Shown one piece after another: positions 18,401 to 27,131 of a DNA stretch of 36,120 bases. How positions within the stretch are numbered: the first letter of the stretch is position 1; the number at the start of each line of letters is the position of its first letter. This stretch comes from a virus (Duplodnaviria; Caudoviricetes), in IMG/VR virus record IMGVR_UViG_3300017700_000104, positions 1 through 36,120 of that record; one strand, given 5' to 3'. The notes under the pieces were generated by a model. The model was not told the origin of the DNA. It saw nothing but the letters and a program-made list of their open reading frames with translations, and made no database searches. The translations under genes were made by a program, and so were the position numbers.

Positions 18401-20921
18401 CGGCATGAAGTTGCTCATGAAGGGCATTCCGTTAAGTGGAAGTACGGCTCAAATTGTCAACGGTGTCAAAAACTTTACTTTAGGCATGGCCAATGAGCAA
18501 GTTTCTGAGCTGTTGACAACAACCGCACAAATGGCCGCCGACAAGTGGACCAGTTTTGGTTTAGGACAAAACGCAACCCTTGATGACTACACCAAAGCGC
18601 TACAGGACACTGCTTTGGCCACCGCCGCTGCTGTAGGTACTGCTGGGTCAATTTCGACCGCTACGCGCAACATGATGGATCTCAAGAGCTACTCAAGCCC
18701 ATTCTCAACAAACACTGGGTTAGACAAAATTGAGCCAACTGTGCCGTCCATAAAACAAGCAATTGTGACGCTTGGATTGACTGAAGCCGACTATGCAGCC
18801 ATGCAAAACAACATCACCAACAGCGTGCGTGCTGGTAATGCTTACATTGGATCTGCCGAAGACCTTATTTCACAGACTCTGCAAAGCAAGGGTATGTCAA
18901 CCGTTAAAGCTGACGCAGTTGCAGACACGTTGGGTGAAAAAATGGAGACGATCGCTGTCAGTGAATTTTTGACAGCAAATGGAATTGATCCAACCAAGGT
19001 TTCAATATTGACGCCGTTGATTCAGTCGCAGCTTAATGAAACTATTGATACCGCAAACGCCGCAAAGAATATTGCGTCAATATTTGCGTCCAGTGGTATG
19101 GACATGTCTACGGCTGGAAACAAAGCGAGCACGTTTTTCTCAAACACCGTAGCAGCACCAACCGTTACGCAATCTGACATTGACCTGTCCAATCAGCTTT
19201 TGAGAAATGCAGGGATTGAGCTTGGCACTGCTTATATTGCTCCAACGGGCAAAGCGCCTACCGTTACATCTTCCAATACTCCTGTCACCAACACTCAGGT
19301 ACAAAATACTTTTGGCACAACAGGATCAAAAGATACGGCTGGCAGCACGACTAGCACAGGGCCAGTCACGGGCGGCACTTCTACGGCAGTAACCAACACT
19401 GGAACCAATACTGGTAGTTTCACCACTACTGGAGCTTTGACTGGCAGCACTGTAACCACAAACACTGGAACTGGAACCAGCACAGGCACAGGAACAACCA
19501 CTGGTGCTGGAACAAGTACAGGAACAAACGTAGGTACTGGAACAAGTACTGGCACTGGAACCAGCACAGGTACAAATACAGGAACCAGCACTGGTACAAA
19601 TACTGGGACAAATACTAGCGTTACAACGTCCAACATTACAGATCTTCAGAACAACTTCAATAATCGAATTGCTGAGTTGGTCAAACAGGGCGTAACGCAA
19701 AACGAAGCTGTTCAGCAGGCTATAAAAGAACTTCAGGGACAGGTCACAAAAGACAATGCTGCTGTGAACTTGCGCATCGCTGAATTGGTTAAGCAAGGAA
19801 TGACTAACCAAGAGGCTACTAACGTAGCCATAAAAGAAGTTCAAGGGCAAGTTACAAAAGACAATGCTGCTATAAACCTTCGCATCGCTGAATTGGTTAA
19901 GCAAGGAATGACTAACCAAGAGGCCACCAACGTGGCCATCAAGGAAACACAAGGTCAGATCACCAATCTTGCAACAAAGTTTGATACGCGTGTCAATGAG
20001 CTAGTTCAGCAAGGCAAGACGTACCAAGAGGCTACGCAAGCTGCGTTGAAAGAAATCAACGAAGGCGTGGGCGGCTTGGAGATCAGCGTTGCTGACATTC
20101 AAGAGAAGCAAAGGCTTGAAGAAGAAGAGCGGAAGCAGGCCGAAAAAGTGCAAGCTGCAAAAACTAGGCAATCAAAAACAGAAAAACAACTATCGCAGGC
20201 AATGTCGCTCATAGCCCCTGCTGCTGGTGCTGCCGCGTTGGTTGACACCTCAACCCCCGGTTTCAAAGACATCGGTTATAAAAATATTGGGGGCGCTAAA
20301 TTTGAAAGTATCTTGTCGCCGTTCCAAGAGATGGTGGAGGAAAACATTTATGCAGCAAAACCACAACAAACTGACTTGCAGACCCAACAACAAACTTTAC
20401 AGGCGGCCCCAGTGAAACAAGAACTTGACCCTCAAAAAGATCAATCTGGCGAGTCGAATTATTTCAATTATGGAAATTCGACCGAGATTGACCAACTGCT
20501 TGGTGGCGGCGACCCCGGCACGCAAATGCTCTTCTCTAAGGCTGGCGGCCTTGCCACCCCGCTGTTTGCTGGTGGCGGATCTACTCGCTACGGGCGTTTT
20601 GCTGGAGGCGGCTTGAATGTAATCGAGCACGAAGGCAAGCCTCGTATCGATTTCCGCACTGGTAATGCTGTCACAGGCCCCGGCGACGGGCAGTCCGATG
20701 ACATCCCCGCCATGTTGGCTGACGGCGAGTTTGTCTTCCCCGCTGACGTCGTGGCAGCGCTCGGAAATGGCTCAACCAAGGCTGGTTCAGATAAACTCTA
20801 CGACATGATGCACTCCATTCGGGCGTATCACAGGTCGGCCAAGCCAAAGGATTTGCCGCCCCCAGCGAAGAAGTCCCCTTTGGATTACCTCACGAAAACC
20901 GCTCGCAAGGCTAGGAGATAA
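15426..20921 (+). CDS. Large internal virion/DNA ejection protein (1831 aa)
   Basis: Gly/Ala hydrophobic N-terminus, coiled coils, T/G tract, 36-aa repeats, and C-terminal FAGGG...GPGDGQSDDIPAMLADGEFV motif as in tape-measure/ejection proteins. Confidence 0.75.
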   Translation: MMGAVTGALNTLGGAISGAISGVADLATSVVKGVGDAIVGTVKTIGNTVQAIIKDPLPTLLQVAGASVGIPPYVTAAVITAARGGDLEDIAKTAAISYIASEAVASTNIGKEIGSVTKTAGQDFTNYMMENFSLPPDSAVAIAKAATASLNSSIIGGVSAAITGKSVTDGIASGFTSGLIYSSTNSYFDTLNKDPNWGFSQRALDLMKGSTSTVLNTIVSGKGDPAQAVGNYIAFATINMAKSNLSDRVKEAYVNLTTDTDAAKKAQEKYALAKADVDAKIAEGEKIRNEINTAADSLNTRIRDEFTPVKTKLDEQLTAYESGVTWYNTEKQRYDENKYAYENYPTKMAQDGYQVYDEDAGTYYRTVPVMDREGQVTYHLEFAPTKQSFFDGANRAAEATNTAISYTNTAGAAAQKIYDDNKAMFDSVAAESKAIEEKTVKLNAIKSEFEKPDGTNLAQKLKDAADEYQKKYDAWSKTKAASDATAENYTKALAATATRDATIDALNTGAVTVTGKDANGNWLLSNNMTLTTEGKFIQDGQQLFTNSAGIPQKAMDFKANDGSNVDFNENAGRLLSETDAANICRRDFGFVPTDAEVAKLAGTEYTTSPTASINALADEKARTTYSAITGNEATNEQILTAIKSGNVMGTAADLAINGLDLPPNYVSPNAPVDQKISFGQAYSAARKAYGPNATFEWTDKNGVTKSFVTENREEQLVRYDKLSTDAGKYDNKVATYTKYKLLDNLSSPDFNPADLTKSEMTKFVDAYTKAEPLQRAAMLKGVDASTYKVIDTLLSETARYNPSGEVVTKFTGKPSGTISAYNPTGVEKILDSIKTGKNVFDSGLDIATADVAGVVTRGAQLLRDSLDLDNTTADKIQQMWSDSKDKSLRSLASDDQRVIAGGIASGLESVASFAAAGPIGALMTLGAIAANNSYQEGSTTWIDNSGKTYATKDEAIRAAGQSSIRQLTPEENMKRTAVMTALEIAGEAAGIPGMKLLMKGIPLSGSTAQIVNGVKNFTLGMANEQVSELLTTTAQMAADKWTSFGLGQNATLDDYTKALQDTALATAAAVGTAGSISTATRNMMDLKSYSSPFSTNTGLDKIEPTVPSIKQAIVTLGLTEADYAAMQNNITNSVRAGNAYIGSAEDLISQTLQSKGMSTVKADAVADTLGEKMETIAVSEFLTANGIDPTKVSILTPLIQSQLNETIDTANAAKNIASIFASSGMDMSTAGNKASTFFSNTVAAPTVTQSDIDLSNQLLRNAGIELGTAYIAPTGKAPTVTSSNTPVTNTQVQNTFGTTGSKDTAGSTTSTGPVTGGTSTAVTNTGTNTGSFTTTGALTGSTVTTNTGTGTSTGTGTTTGAGTSTGTNVGTGTSTGTGTSTGTNTGTSTGTNTGTNTSVTTSNITDLQNNFNNRIAELVKQGVTQNEAVQQAIKELQGQVTKDNAAVNLRIAELVKQGMTNQEATNVAIKEVQGQVTKDNAAINLRIAELVKQGMTNQEATNVAIKETQGQITNLATKFDTRVNELVQQGKTYQEATQAALKEINEGVGGLEISVADIQEKQRLEEEERKQAEKVQAAKTRQSKTEKQLSQAMSLIAPAAGAAALVDTSTPGFKDIGYKNIGGAKFESILSPFQEMVEENIYAAKPQQTDLQTQQQTLQAAPVKQELDPQKDQSGESNYFNYGNSTEIDQLLGGGDPGTQMLFSKAGGLATPLFAGGGSTRYGRFAGGGLNVIEHEGKPRIDFRTGNAVTGPGDGQSDDIPAMLADGEFVFPADVVAALGNGSTKAGSDKLYDMMHSIRAYHRSAKPKDLPPPAKKSPLDYLTKTARKARR
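19310..19620 (+). repeat. Thr/Gly low-complexity coding tract
   Basis: TGTGTSTGTGTT...TGTNTGTSTGTNTG degenerate repeats. Confidence 0.85.
19665..20060 (+). repeat. 108-bp (36-aa) tandem coding repeat, about 4 copies
   Basis: Units start at 19665, 19773, 19881 and 19989 (RIAELVKQG.T..EA...AIKE.QGQ); copies 2 and 3 are nearly identical in DNA. Confidence 0.9.
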
Positions 20922-20923
20922 GC

Positions 20924-21955
20924 ATGGCAGTCACACAAGGCGCACCGTTACCAGACATTAAAACGACCGAGACGCGCACCGACAACGCTCCGTCGTACTA
21001 CACCGACTATCTTACTGGCCTGTCAACCGCTGGCAAAACTGCCATGGGGCGTTCTCCTACGCAGTCCGTGGCTGGCTACGACCCCTTGCAGGTCATGGGT
21101 TACAGCAACCTACCCGCCGCCGCAACTGCTGGTCAAGAGGGTATAAATGCCGCTCAAGACACGGCAGCTCAGGCAGCTAAAGGTATCACGCCAGAGCGCA
21201 TTCAAGCCTTGATGAACCCGTACACCAGCAGCGTGGTGGATGAGATGGCCAGACTGTCTCAGCAGAACGTCCAACGCAACCTCCTGCCCACCATGAAGGC
21301 TGGGTTTGTGGGCACGGGTGGCCTTGGTGGCCAACGCTACGCAAACGCCCTTGGACAGTCCTTAGCTGACGTACAGGCTGGGCTGACTGGGCAGCAGTAC
21401 GGCGCTTTATCTTCAGGTTACACGCAAGCCCTGAAAGGCGCTTTGGATGAGGCTTCATTGCAAAATCAAGCGGCTCAGACTCAAGGCAGGTTGTCCGATA
21501 TTGAGCAGACTCAAGCGCTCACGGGCGCTGGTGCTTTGACCAAGGCTGGCGCAGAACGTCAAGCTTATCAACAGAGCTTGTTAGACGCCCCGCTCAAGAC
21601 TGCGACGACGGCTTCTGGTCTCATGCGTGGCATCACGGTTCCCGGCGGCCAGACGTCTACGTTTGTTGGTCCAAAAGCTGGCTCTTACCAGACTTCCGAC
21701 TTGGCAAACATGTTGGGTGTTTTGTCAGTTATTGGAAGTGCCGCTGGCGGCAAGGGGATCGAAAAGGTGGGCAGCGCTGGCTCAGATTTGTTTAATTTTC
21801 TTAAAAAGCAATTTGGCGATAGTATTTCAAACACTACTTTTGATGCAAATGATTTGGCCAGCAGCATGTCCGTTGACGACTATAACGCCGCGATCAATGG
21901 GTGGAGCAAACAGCCTGATGGGTCATATGTTGATTCTGAAGGCAATCCTGTTTAA
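20924..21955 (+). CDS. Ejection/pilot protein
   Basis: AGGAG RBS; Q/A/G-rich with MNPY..V and G.GG.R motifs typical of podoviral DNA-transfer proteins. Confidence 0.65.
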   Translation: MAVTQGAPLPDIKTTETRTDNAPSYYTDYLTGLSTAGKTAMGRSPTQSVAGYDPLQVMGYSNLPAAATAGQEGINAAQDTAAQAAKGITPERIQALMNPYTSSVVDEMARLSQQNVQRNLLPTMKAGFVGTGGLGGQRYANALGQSLADVQAGLTGQQYGALSSGYTQALKGALDEASLQNQAAQTQGRLSDIEQTQALTGAGALTKAGAERQAYQQSLLDAPLKTATTASGLMRGITVPGGQTSTFVGPKAGSYQTSDLANMLGVLSVIGSAAGGKGIEKVGSAGSDLFNFLKKQFGDSISNTTFDANDLASSMSVDDYNAAINGWSKQPDGSYVDSEGNPV

Positions 21956-21963
21956 GGCAAAAA

Positions 21964-23769
21964 ATGGCTGAAACTAAAACACCAACAGCAAGCTATTTGC
22001 CCGGCGAGGACGCGGAAACGCTTGAGGCCAATCGCCGCTATCAAGAGGCATTGGCCAAGCTCACCGAATCCCTTGACAGCCGCAAGAACAGGCTTTTTGA
22101 CCCTACCATGTTGGCCATGGCGCAGGGCTTTTTGGCTCCTACGCAAACAGGCGGCTTTGGCGAGTCACTTGGCAACGTAGCTGGTAAACTTGGCCCCGCT
22201 GAGGCCGCTGCAATTAAAGAGCAGCAGGATATTGCTCAACAACAATTAGCCGTTGCTGGTCAAGGGCTTGAGCTTCAACGTCTGAAGTCACGCGACACCG
22301 CGCTTAACCAATACCTAAATCCAACCGCGCCAGTACCTGCCCCTGTTACAGGCCCTTTGACAGGCCCCAAGGCGGCTCCAATTGCTGGTCCGAAGGCTGG
22401 CCCCTTGACTACTAGCGAAGCGCCGCCTACGCCCGCTCTTGCTGCGCCCCCCGCCCCACCTGCCCCACCTATCCCGCCGCCTGTTGCTGGTCCTTTGACG
22501 TCTCAAGCGCCAGCACAGCCAGCTCCTCCTGCGCCAGCCCCAGCACCGTCTCCTGTAAAGGCGACCGTTATTGGTTCGCCTCAAGGCGCACTGACGGCCA
22601 TGGAGGCCAACAAGCCTGCGGGCTTTGAAGGCATCGACGGCATTCAGGTCGCACCGCCAAACCCCAACTTCATGACGGGGCGCGACTATGTCCGTTTGAA
22701 CCGTTATGACAAGACCAAGTCGCCCGGCGACCTGATCAAAGAAGGTCAAGAGATCGAGCAAAAGCGCTACCGCGACAAAGAAGGCGGCGTGCTCGACTTG
22801 GCCACTGGCAAGTTCTACCAATACCCCACGGGCAAGACCGAAGAAATTCAGCTCTACGGATACCCCGGCACGCACAAGGTGGACGCACGCACTGCGGCCA
22901 GACTCAGCATGCTGGCTGCCAACGACGATCCCGCCTATCACGATCTGGCCAAGCGCGTTGTTGAAGGACCGCGTAAACGTGATGCAGATGGAGAAAAACC
23001 CTCAAACGTGCCACCAAAGCTATCGCAGCAAGAGCTTGAGCTTGATCTTGAGAAAAAGAAAAAAATGCAAGCTGCTCAGGTTGAGTCTGAGATTGAAGCT
23101 CGCAAAGATTTCAACCAGCGCAAGAAAGACGCAGACGAGACCATCACCACGGCCAACGTGTTTCGCAAATTTGCGGATGACAAAAACGCCAAGGCGATGT
23201 TTGGTATTCTTAACAACGACAAGATCTCGTCGGGTATTGCAACGCTTGTGCGGGATGGTATCGGGTTGCCGGGATTCACCGTTGGCACAAAGGCTATCGA
23301 AGATGTCATGCGCAACGCTGGCTTGAATGCAGCAGATCAGGCCAAATACCGCACGTTCCTAATGTACGCAACGCAGATGCAGTTGCAGCAGTCCAAGTAC
23401 ATGAAGGGCGCTGTGTCTGACTTCGAGCAGCGCTTGATGGCCAACGCAGGTATCACTGGCCAAGACACGCCAGAGTCAATCCGCATGAAGGCTGACTTGA
23501 TGACTCGTCGTGCGCAGTTCGATCGTCGCGTAGCCAAGGTATTCAAAGACTCCAAGATGACTGCTGACGAGTTTATTGATTCCGACCGCTACATGGAAAT
23601 GCGCGACAAGTACAACGAGGACCTTGCAGAGCTTTCTTCTGGCAGCAAGATACTTGCTCCTGCTCCAGCAAAACCCGCAGCACCCTCCACTGGTGGCGCG
23701 GAGCCAAGCCCCGGCTACATTCGTGACCCCAAGACTGGGGTGATCCGCAAGAAGAAAGCAGGTGAATGA
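21964..23769 (+). CDS. Ejection protein with Pro-rich linker
   Basis: L.AMAQGFL.PT.TG.FGESLG N-terminus, Pro/Ala tract around 22320-22560, C-terminal GAVSDFE motif. Confidence 0.65.
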   Translation: MAETKTPTASYLPGEDAETLEANRRYQEALAKLTESLDSRKNRLFDPTMLAMAQGFLAPTQTGGFGESLGNVAGKLGPAEAAAIKEQQDIAQQQLAVAGQGLELQRLKSRDTALNQYLNPTAPVPAPVTGPLTGPKAAPIAGPKAGPLTTSEAPPTPALAAPPAPPAPPIPPPVAGPLTSQAPAQPAPPAPAPAPSPVKATVIGSPQGALTAMEANKPAGFEGIDGIQVAPPNPNFMTGRDYVRLNRYDKTKSPGDLIKEGQEIEQKRYRDKEGGVLDLATGKFYQYPTGKTEEIQLYGYPGTHKVDARTAARLSMLAANDDPAYHDLAKRVVEGPRKRDADGEKPSNVPPKLSQQELELDLEKKKKMQAAQVESEIEARKDFNQRKKDADETITTANVFRKFADDKNAKAMFGILNNDKISSGIATLVRDGIGLPGFTVGTKAIEDVMRNAGLNAADQAKYRTFLMYATQMQLQQSKYMKGAVSDFEQRLMANAGITGQDTPESIRMKADLMTRRAQFDRRVAKVFKDSKMTADEFIDSDRYMEMRDKYNEDLAELSSGSKILAPAPAKPAAPSTGGAEPSPGYIRDPKTGVIRKKKAGE

Positions 23770-23770
23770 C

Positions 23771-25363
23771 ATGGCCAACAAAAACATTGACCAATTCATT
23801 GATACTTACGCCCCTGTTGCGCAGCAAGTCAGCAAAGAGATCAATGTTGATCCAAACATATTGTTGAGTCAATGGGGACTTGAGAGTCGTTGGGGCCAAA
23901 CCGAGATGGCCAAGAAGTACAACAATTTGGGTGGCATCAAAGACTTCAGTGGCAAAGGCTTTGAGGCCAAGGATAACAAGACTGGTTCGTTGGACAAGTA
24001 CGTTAAGTTTGAAGACCCCGAGGTCTTCGGCATGTACTACGCCGACCAGATCAAACGCAACTTTCCGCAAGCTGTAAACACTGGGCCTGACATTGGCGCG
24101 TTCACTCGAGGTTTGGCTTCTGGAAAAAACGGCTCCTACTTTGGCATTCCCGTTCAAGAATACGAAAGCTCATTGGCCAGCGCTCAGGCGTCAATACCCG
24201 AAAACAAGATGCTGCCTTTTGAGCCGTCAGTGCAGCCTGCTGCAAAGCCCGAAGAGAGAGACGGCGACATGGTGACAGTGAATGCGCCACCTCCCCCACC
24301 TCCAACCATAGACACGTCTGGGGCAAACACTGGTGAGCGTTTTCTTGGCGGTGCAATTGGCACTGGCACGGGCATTGTGGCTTCTACCGCACAAGGTTTG
24401 AATAATGCACGCACAGGCATGGCGGCCACCCGCGCAGGCGCTGAAGAGACCGCCCGCATTGCTGCACAGCGTGCTGCTGGCGTTACACCCCCAAGCACTC
24501 CGCCTATCACGCCCTCTGGCACTCCCAGACCCCCGTTGGGCAGCAGCATCATGTTTCAGAACCAGCCGCCTGTTGGTGGCAACTTGCAAGTCCCTATTGG
24601 CCCAGCCGACGCTGGTCGCATGGCCCCCGGTCAGACTGGAAACATGACCTACAACTACGGCAAGTCTGCTGGCTTGACTGACATTGAGGCCGCAAAAGCG
24701 CTGGACACTACCAAGCAAGCTGGCGGCGTTCACGACTTAAGCACCCAGCGCCGCGAAAGCTTGAACAAAATTCAAAATTTGTTCCCCGGCGAAAAGTACG
24801 TCGAGAACCCACGCTACGGCGGTTTGCTGACGCTTGATCAAGGTGCTGGCAGTGGACCACGACAGTCGTTTGCAATGAGGCCCCCTGTTGCGCCCACTCC
24901 AGACCTCCCACAAGGCCAGCCGGGAGGGTTGTCGCAGCTACCCCCTAGGCAACCCGTTTCAACGGCTCCTATCCCCGCCAAAGGCCCTTCTGGGCTGGAC
25001 GCCGTGACCAACATGTTCAAGGGCATGATGCAGCCTATTGGCACGGCGGTCAAAACAGTTAGCAAATACGCCCTGCCGCCGTTGGCAGGCTTGTCTGCTG
25101 GATTGGATGTTGCTGAGGTTGCGCACGAGTTTGACAAGCCGTCGGACCAACGCGACTACACAAAGATGGGATTGAAGGCGACCAGCGCAGTTGGAGGTGG
25201 ATTGTCGATGTTCCCGCCGACCGCCCCCTTGGGTATTCCGTTGACGCTTGGCGCAACCGCAGCTCAGGCCGCTCGAGAAAATCCTAATTTCCTTGATCAA
25301 CTTAGAAACCGAATCGGTAACATGCCATATTCCGATCCTATGACGGGCTACATGGCCCCCTAA
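23771..25363 (+). CDS. Virion protein with N-terminal GH73 glucosaminidase (FlgJ-like) domain
   Basis: FI....P.A..V......P...L.Q..LES.WG.......NNL.GIK with catalytic Glu; the rest is Pro/Gly-rich with hydrophobic segments. Alternative start GTG 23762. Confidence 0.8.
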   Translation: MANKNIDQFIDTYAPVAQQVSKEINVDPNILLSQWGLESRWGQTEMAKKYNNLGGIKDFSGKGFEAKDNKTGSLDKYVKFEDPEVFGMYYADQIKRNFPQAVNTGPDIGAFTRGLASGKNGSYFGIPVQEYESSLASAQASIPENKMLPFEPSVQPAAKPEERDGDMVTVNAPPPPPPTIDTSGANTGERFLGGAIGTGTGIVASTAQGLNNARTGMAATRAGAEETARIAAQRAAGVTPPSTPPITPSGTPRPPLGSSIMFQNQPPVGGNLQVPIGPADAGRMAPGQTGNMTYNYGKSAGLTDIEAAKALDTTKQAGGVHDLSTQRRESLNKIQNLFPGEKYVENPRYGGLLTLDQGAGSGPRQSFAMRPPVAPTPDLPQGQPGGLSQLPPRQPVSTAPIPAKGPSGLDAVTNMFKGMMQPIGTAVKTVSKYALPPLAGLSAGLDVAEVAHEFDKPSDQRDYTKMGLKATSAVGGGLSMFPPTAPLGIPLTLGATAAQAARENPNFLDQLRNRIGNMPYSDPMTGYMAP

Positions 25364-25424
25364 TTCAAGCGGTTCTCCCCGCTTGGATTGCCGTGGCTTT
25401 GCCAGTTGCCAGCGGCATTCTTTT

Positions 25425-25454
25425 GCCCCCTCCTTCGCGGGAGGGGGTCTTTTT
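25425..25454 (+). terminator. Rho-independent terminator of the late operon
   Basis: GCCCCCTCCT-TCGC-GGGAGGGGGT stem followed by CTTTTT, where the convergent operons meet. Confidence 0.85.
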
Positions 25455-25680
25455 AAGGATGTTGGCTTTGTAGCGCGTTGGCCACTTCGCGGTTCATGTG
25501 AGCCACAATCGTGACGCAGCGCTTGTGTTCCTCGACGGCAATTAAAGGGCGCAGCACAGCCTCAAGCTTTTCGGCAAATTGCAAGATGTCTACTTCATCA
25601 GCGATCAGCGGATCTGGCCGCTTCTCGTCACTGAAAAAAAACACTTTTTTGACTAGATCTTCATTTAGCAAGGATTTCAT
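25453..25680 (-). CDS. Hypothetical protein (75 aa)
   Basis: MKSLLNEDLVKK...; last gene of the leftward operon, overlapping the upstream gene. Confidence 0.6.
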   Translation of the reverse strand: MKSLLNEDLVKKVFFFSDEKRPDPLIADEVDILQFAEKLEAVLRPLIAVEEHKRCVTIVAHMNREVANALQSQHP

Positions 25681-25882
25681 TTTTGGACTTCCATAGTTCC
25701 CAGTTGACGACAGTGTTACGGGCCATCGAGCGGTGCGCGTGACCCGTGTAGGGGTTGAGGTCGCTGTCCAAGAATTCATCGACGACGTTTTCTTTTGACA
25801 GCATCATCTCGTGCTTTTCGGCGGACTCTTCTGTTGAGAACAGCGTACCATCCGAGGCTTGAAAGGCAGTGATGGGCTTCAT
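25661..25882 (-). CDS. Hypothetical protein (73 aa)
   Basis: AF.ASDG.LF.TEE.A..HE motif common in small phage proteins; ATGA coupling. Confidence 0.7.
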   Translation of the reverse strand: MKPITAFQASDGTLFSTEESAEKHEMMLSKENVVDEFLDSDLNPYTGHAHRSMARNTVVNWELWKSKNEILAK

Positions 25883-26649
25883 GAGTGTTGGTTCTTAAGT
25901 TGCCAAAATTTAAGCAGTGAGCAGAACATCTCCCAACCGCGTTGAAGGTCCTCTTCGGACCATTCCTTTACGACCACGAGGCCCGGCACACTGCGCGAGA
26001 CAAACACGTTGGCACAACGAGCCTTGGGAATGCCAAGGCCCACACGATACGCGGCCAACTGCATAAGGTGATCATCATACGCATCGACCTTGTTGCCGTC
26101 CGTAAATTCCTTAGTCTTCACGTCGGCCACAATGCCGTCACCAACAACGCTGTGCAGGTCACACTTGCCGCCAAAGCCGTGGCTATGCCCAAAGGCCCGC
26201 TCGGCAACCCAAGGCTGTTGGCCGAAGATGGTGTCCAAAGCGGCCACAGTACCCTTAACGTGCTCCTCGTGACGCCTTACCACCTCACCCTCATAAAAGC
26301 CTTGGATCGACGCGTGGATGTCCGTACCAGCGTCTGCTGCGGCGCGGCCCTGCTCCTTGCTGTCAACCATGATGCGATCGATGTAGTCTTCTTCTGGCTC
26401 GCCTTCGATGCGGGGCAGTGTGAGCGCAGCCAACAGCACTTGCTTTTGCAGCCACTGAATGAGCGCAGGCTTGGCCATCACGTTTAGGACTGTGGTCACG
26501 CTGGGCACAAGATTCTCGGTGCGAGCGTCACGAAGCGTGGTGTTACGCTCCTTGCCGTTCTTGCCGATCACCGTGTAGCGCGGCACGCCGTCGCGGGTGT
26601 ACCAATGATTGCTCTCGCTGGCGCGTGGTTCTTTTGCTGTGATAGTCAT
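25879..26649 (-). CDS. PD-(D/E)XK exonuclease (RecB/Cas4-like superfamily)
   Basis: PSVTTVL, GT.IH, E, GG.CDL, D.KTK and QLAAY motifs. Confidence 0.9.
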   Translation of the reverse strand: MTITAKEPRASESNHWYTRDGVPRYTVIGKNGKERNTTLRDARTENLVPSVTTVLNVMAKPALIQWLQKQVLLAALTLPRIEGEPEEDYIDRIMVDSKEQGRAAADAGTDIHASIQGFYEGEVVRRHEEHVKGTVAALDTIFGQQPWVAERAFGHSHGFGGKCDLHSVVGDGIVADVKTKEFTDGNKVDAYDDHLMQLAAYRVGLGIPKARCANVFVSRSVPGLVVVKEWSEEDLQRGWEMFCSLLKFWQLKNQHS

Positions 26650-26825
26650 TTGCTCTCCTCTTCTTTTGGCTGAGTAAGCATCCCCTCGTACATAACTGTT
26701 AAGTCATGAATTAAATCTTGCAAAACATCTGCTCGTACAACCCAATCAGAAGCCAAAAAATGGTTATTAAATTTAAGCTTTGTGATGTCGCGGTCGGCAT
26801 CCCAGCTAACAGATAAAACTCTCAT
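26646..26825 (-). CDS. Hypothetical protein (59 aa)
   Basis: GGAGGG RBS, ATG 26825, coupled at both ends. Confidence 0.6.
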   Translation of the reverse strand: MRVLSVSWDADRDITKLKFNNHFLASDWVVRADVLQDLIHDLTVMYEGMLTQPKEEESK

Positions 26826-27112
26826 ATTGCCCTCCAAACTCTTTGTGATCGACCTGCTAGACCGCGATCTTCTTTGCCTGTAGGCTCCGCATATCCTGCT
26901 TTTTGCAGGTCTGGAAGACGTCGGCAAAGTTGATCTGGCCGCAGCCCAAGGCGCAGCGCAAGCTGCTCATAAGTGCCATCGCCTTTTTTGAGTTCTTGGT
27001 AAATTTTTGCGCAAATATTGTTGGCAAATTCATCGACTCGAAGTGCAGCTTTCTTTGAGGTGCTTGGGTCTTCAAGTCGCGCTAATTTGCGTGGTTCAGG
27101 TGAAATGTTCAT
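26822..27112 (-). CDS. Winged-helix DNA-binding protein
   Basis: AR..DP.TS..AA leader, then T.EQLA..LGL....RRL.DL..AG and GRSQRVW. Confidence 0.75.
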   Translation of the reverse strand: MNISPEPRKLARLEDPSTSKKAALRVDEFANNICAKIYQELKKGDGTYEQLALRLGLRPDQLCRRLPDLQKAGYAEPTGKEDRGLAGRSQRVWRAI

Positions 27113-27131
27113 GCCAGTTTTCCCTTCTAAT

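Noticed and set aside
19310-20060. Repeats as a CRISPR array or non-coding satellite
   Set aside because: They are in-frame coding repeats with synonymous variation and no unique spacers.
25362-25420. tRNA or tRNA fragment (attachment site)
   Set aside because: No cloverleaf, T-loop consensus or CCA arrangement, and no integrase nearby.
25879-26649. Cas4 as part of a CRISPR-Cas system
   Set aside because: No four-Cys Fe-S motif set, cas genes or array; the context is a phage recombination operon.
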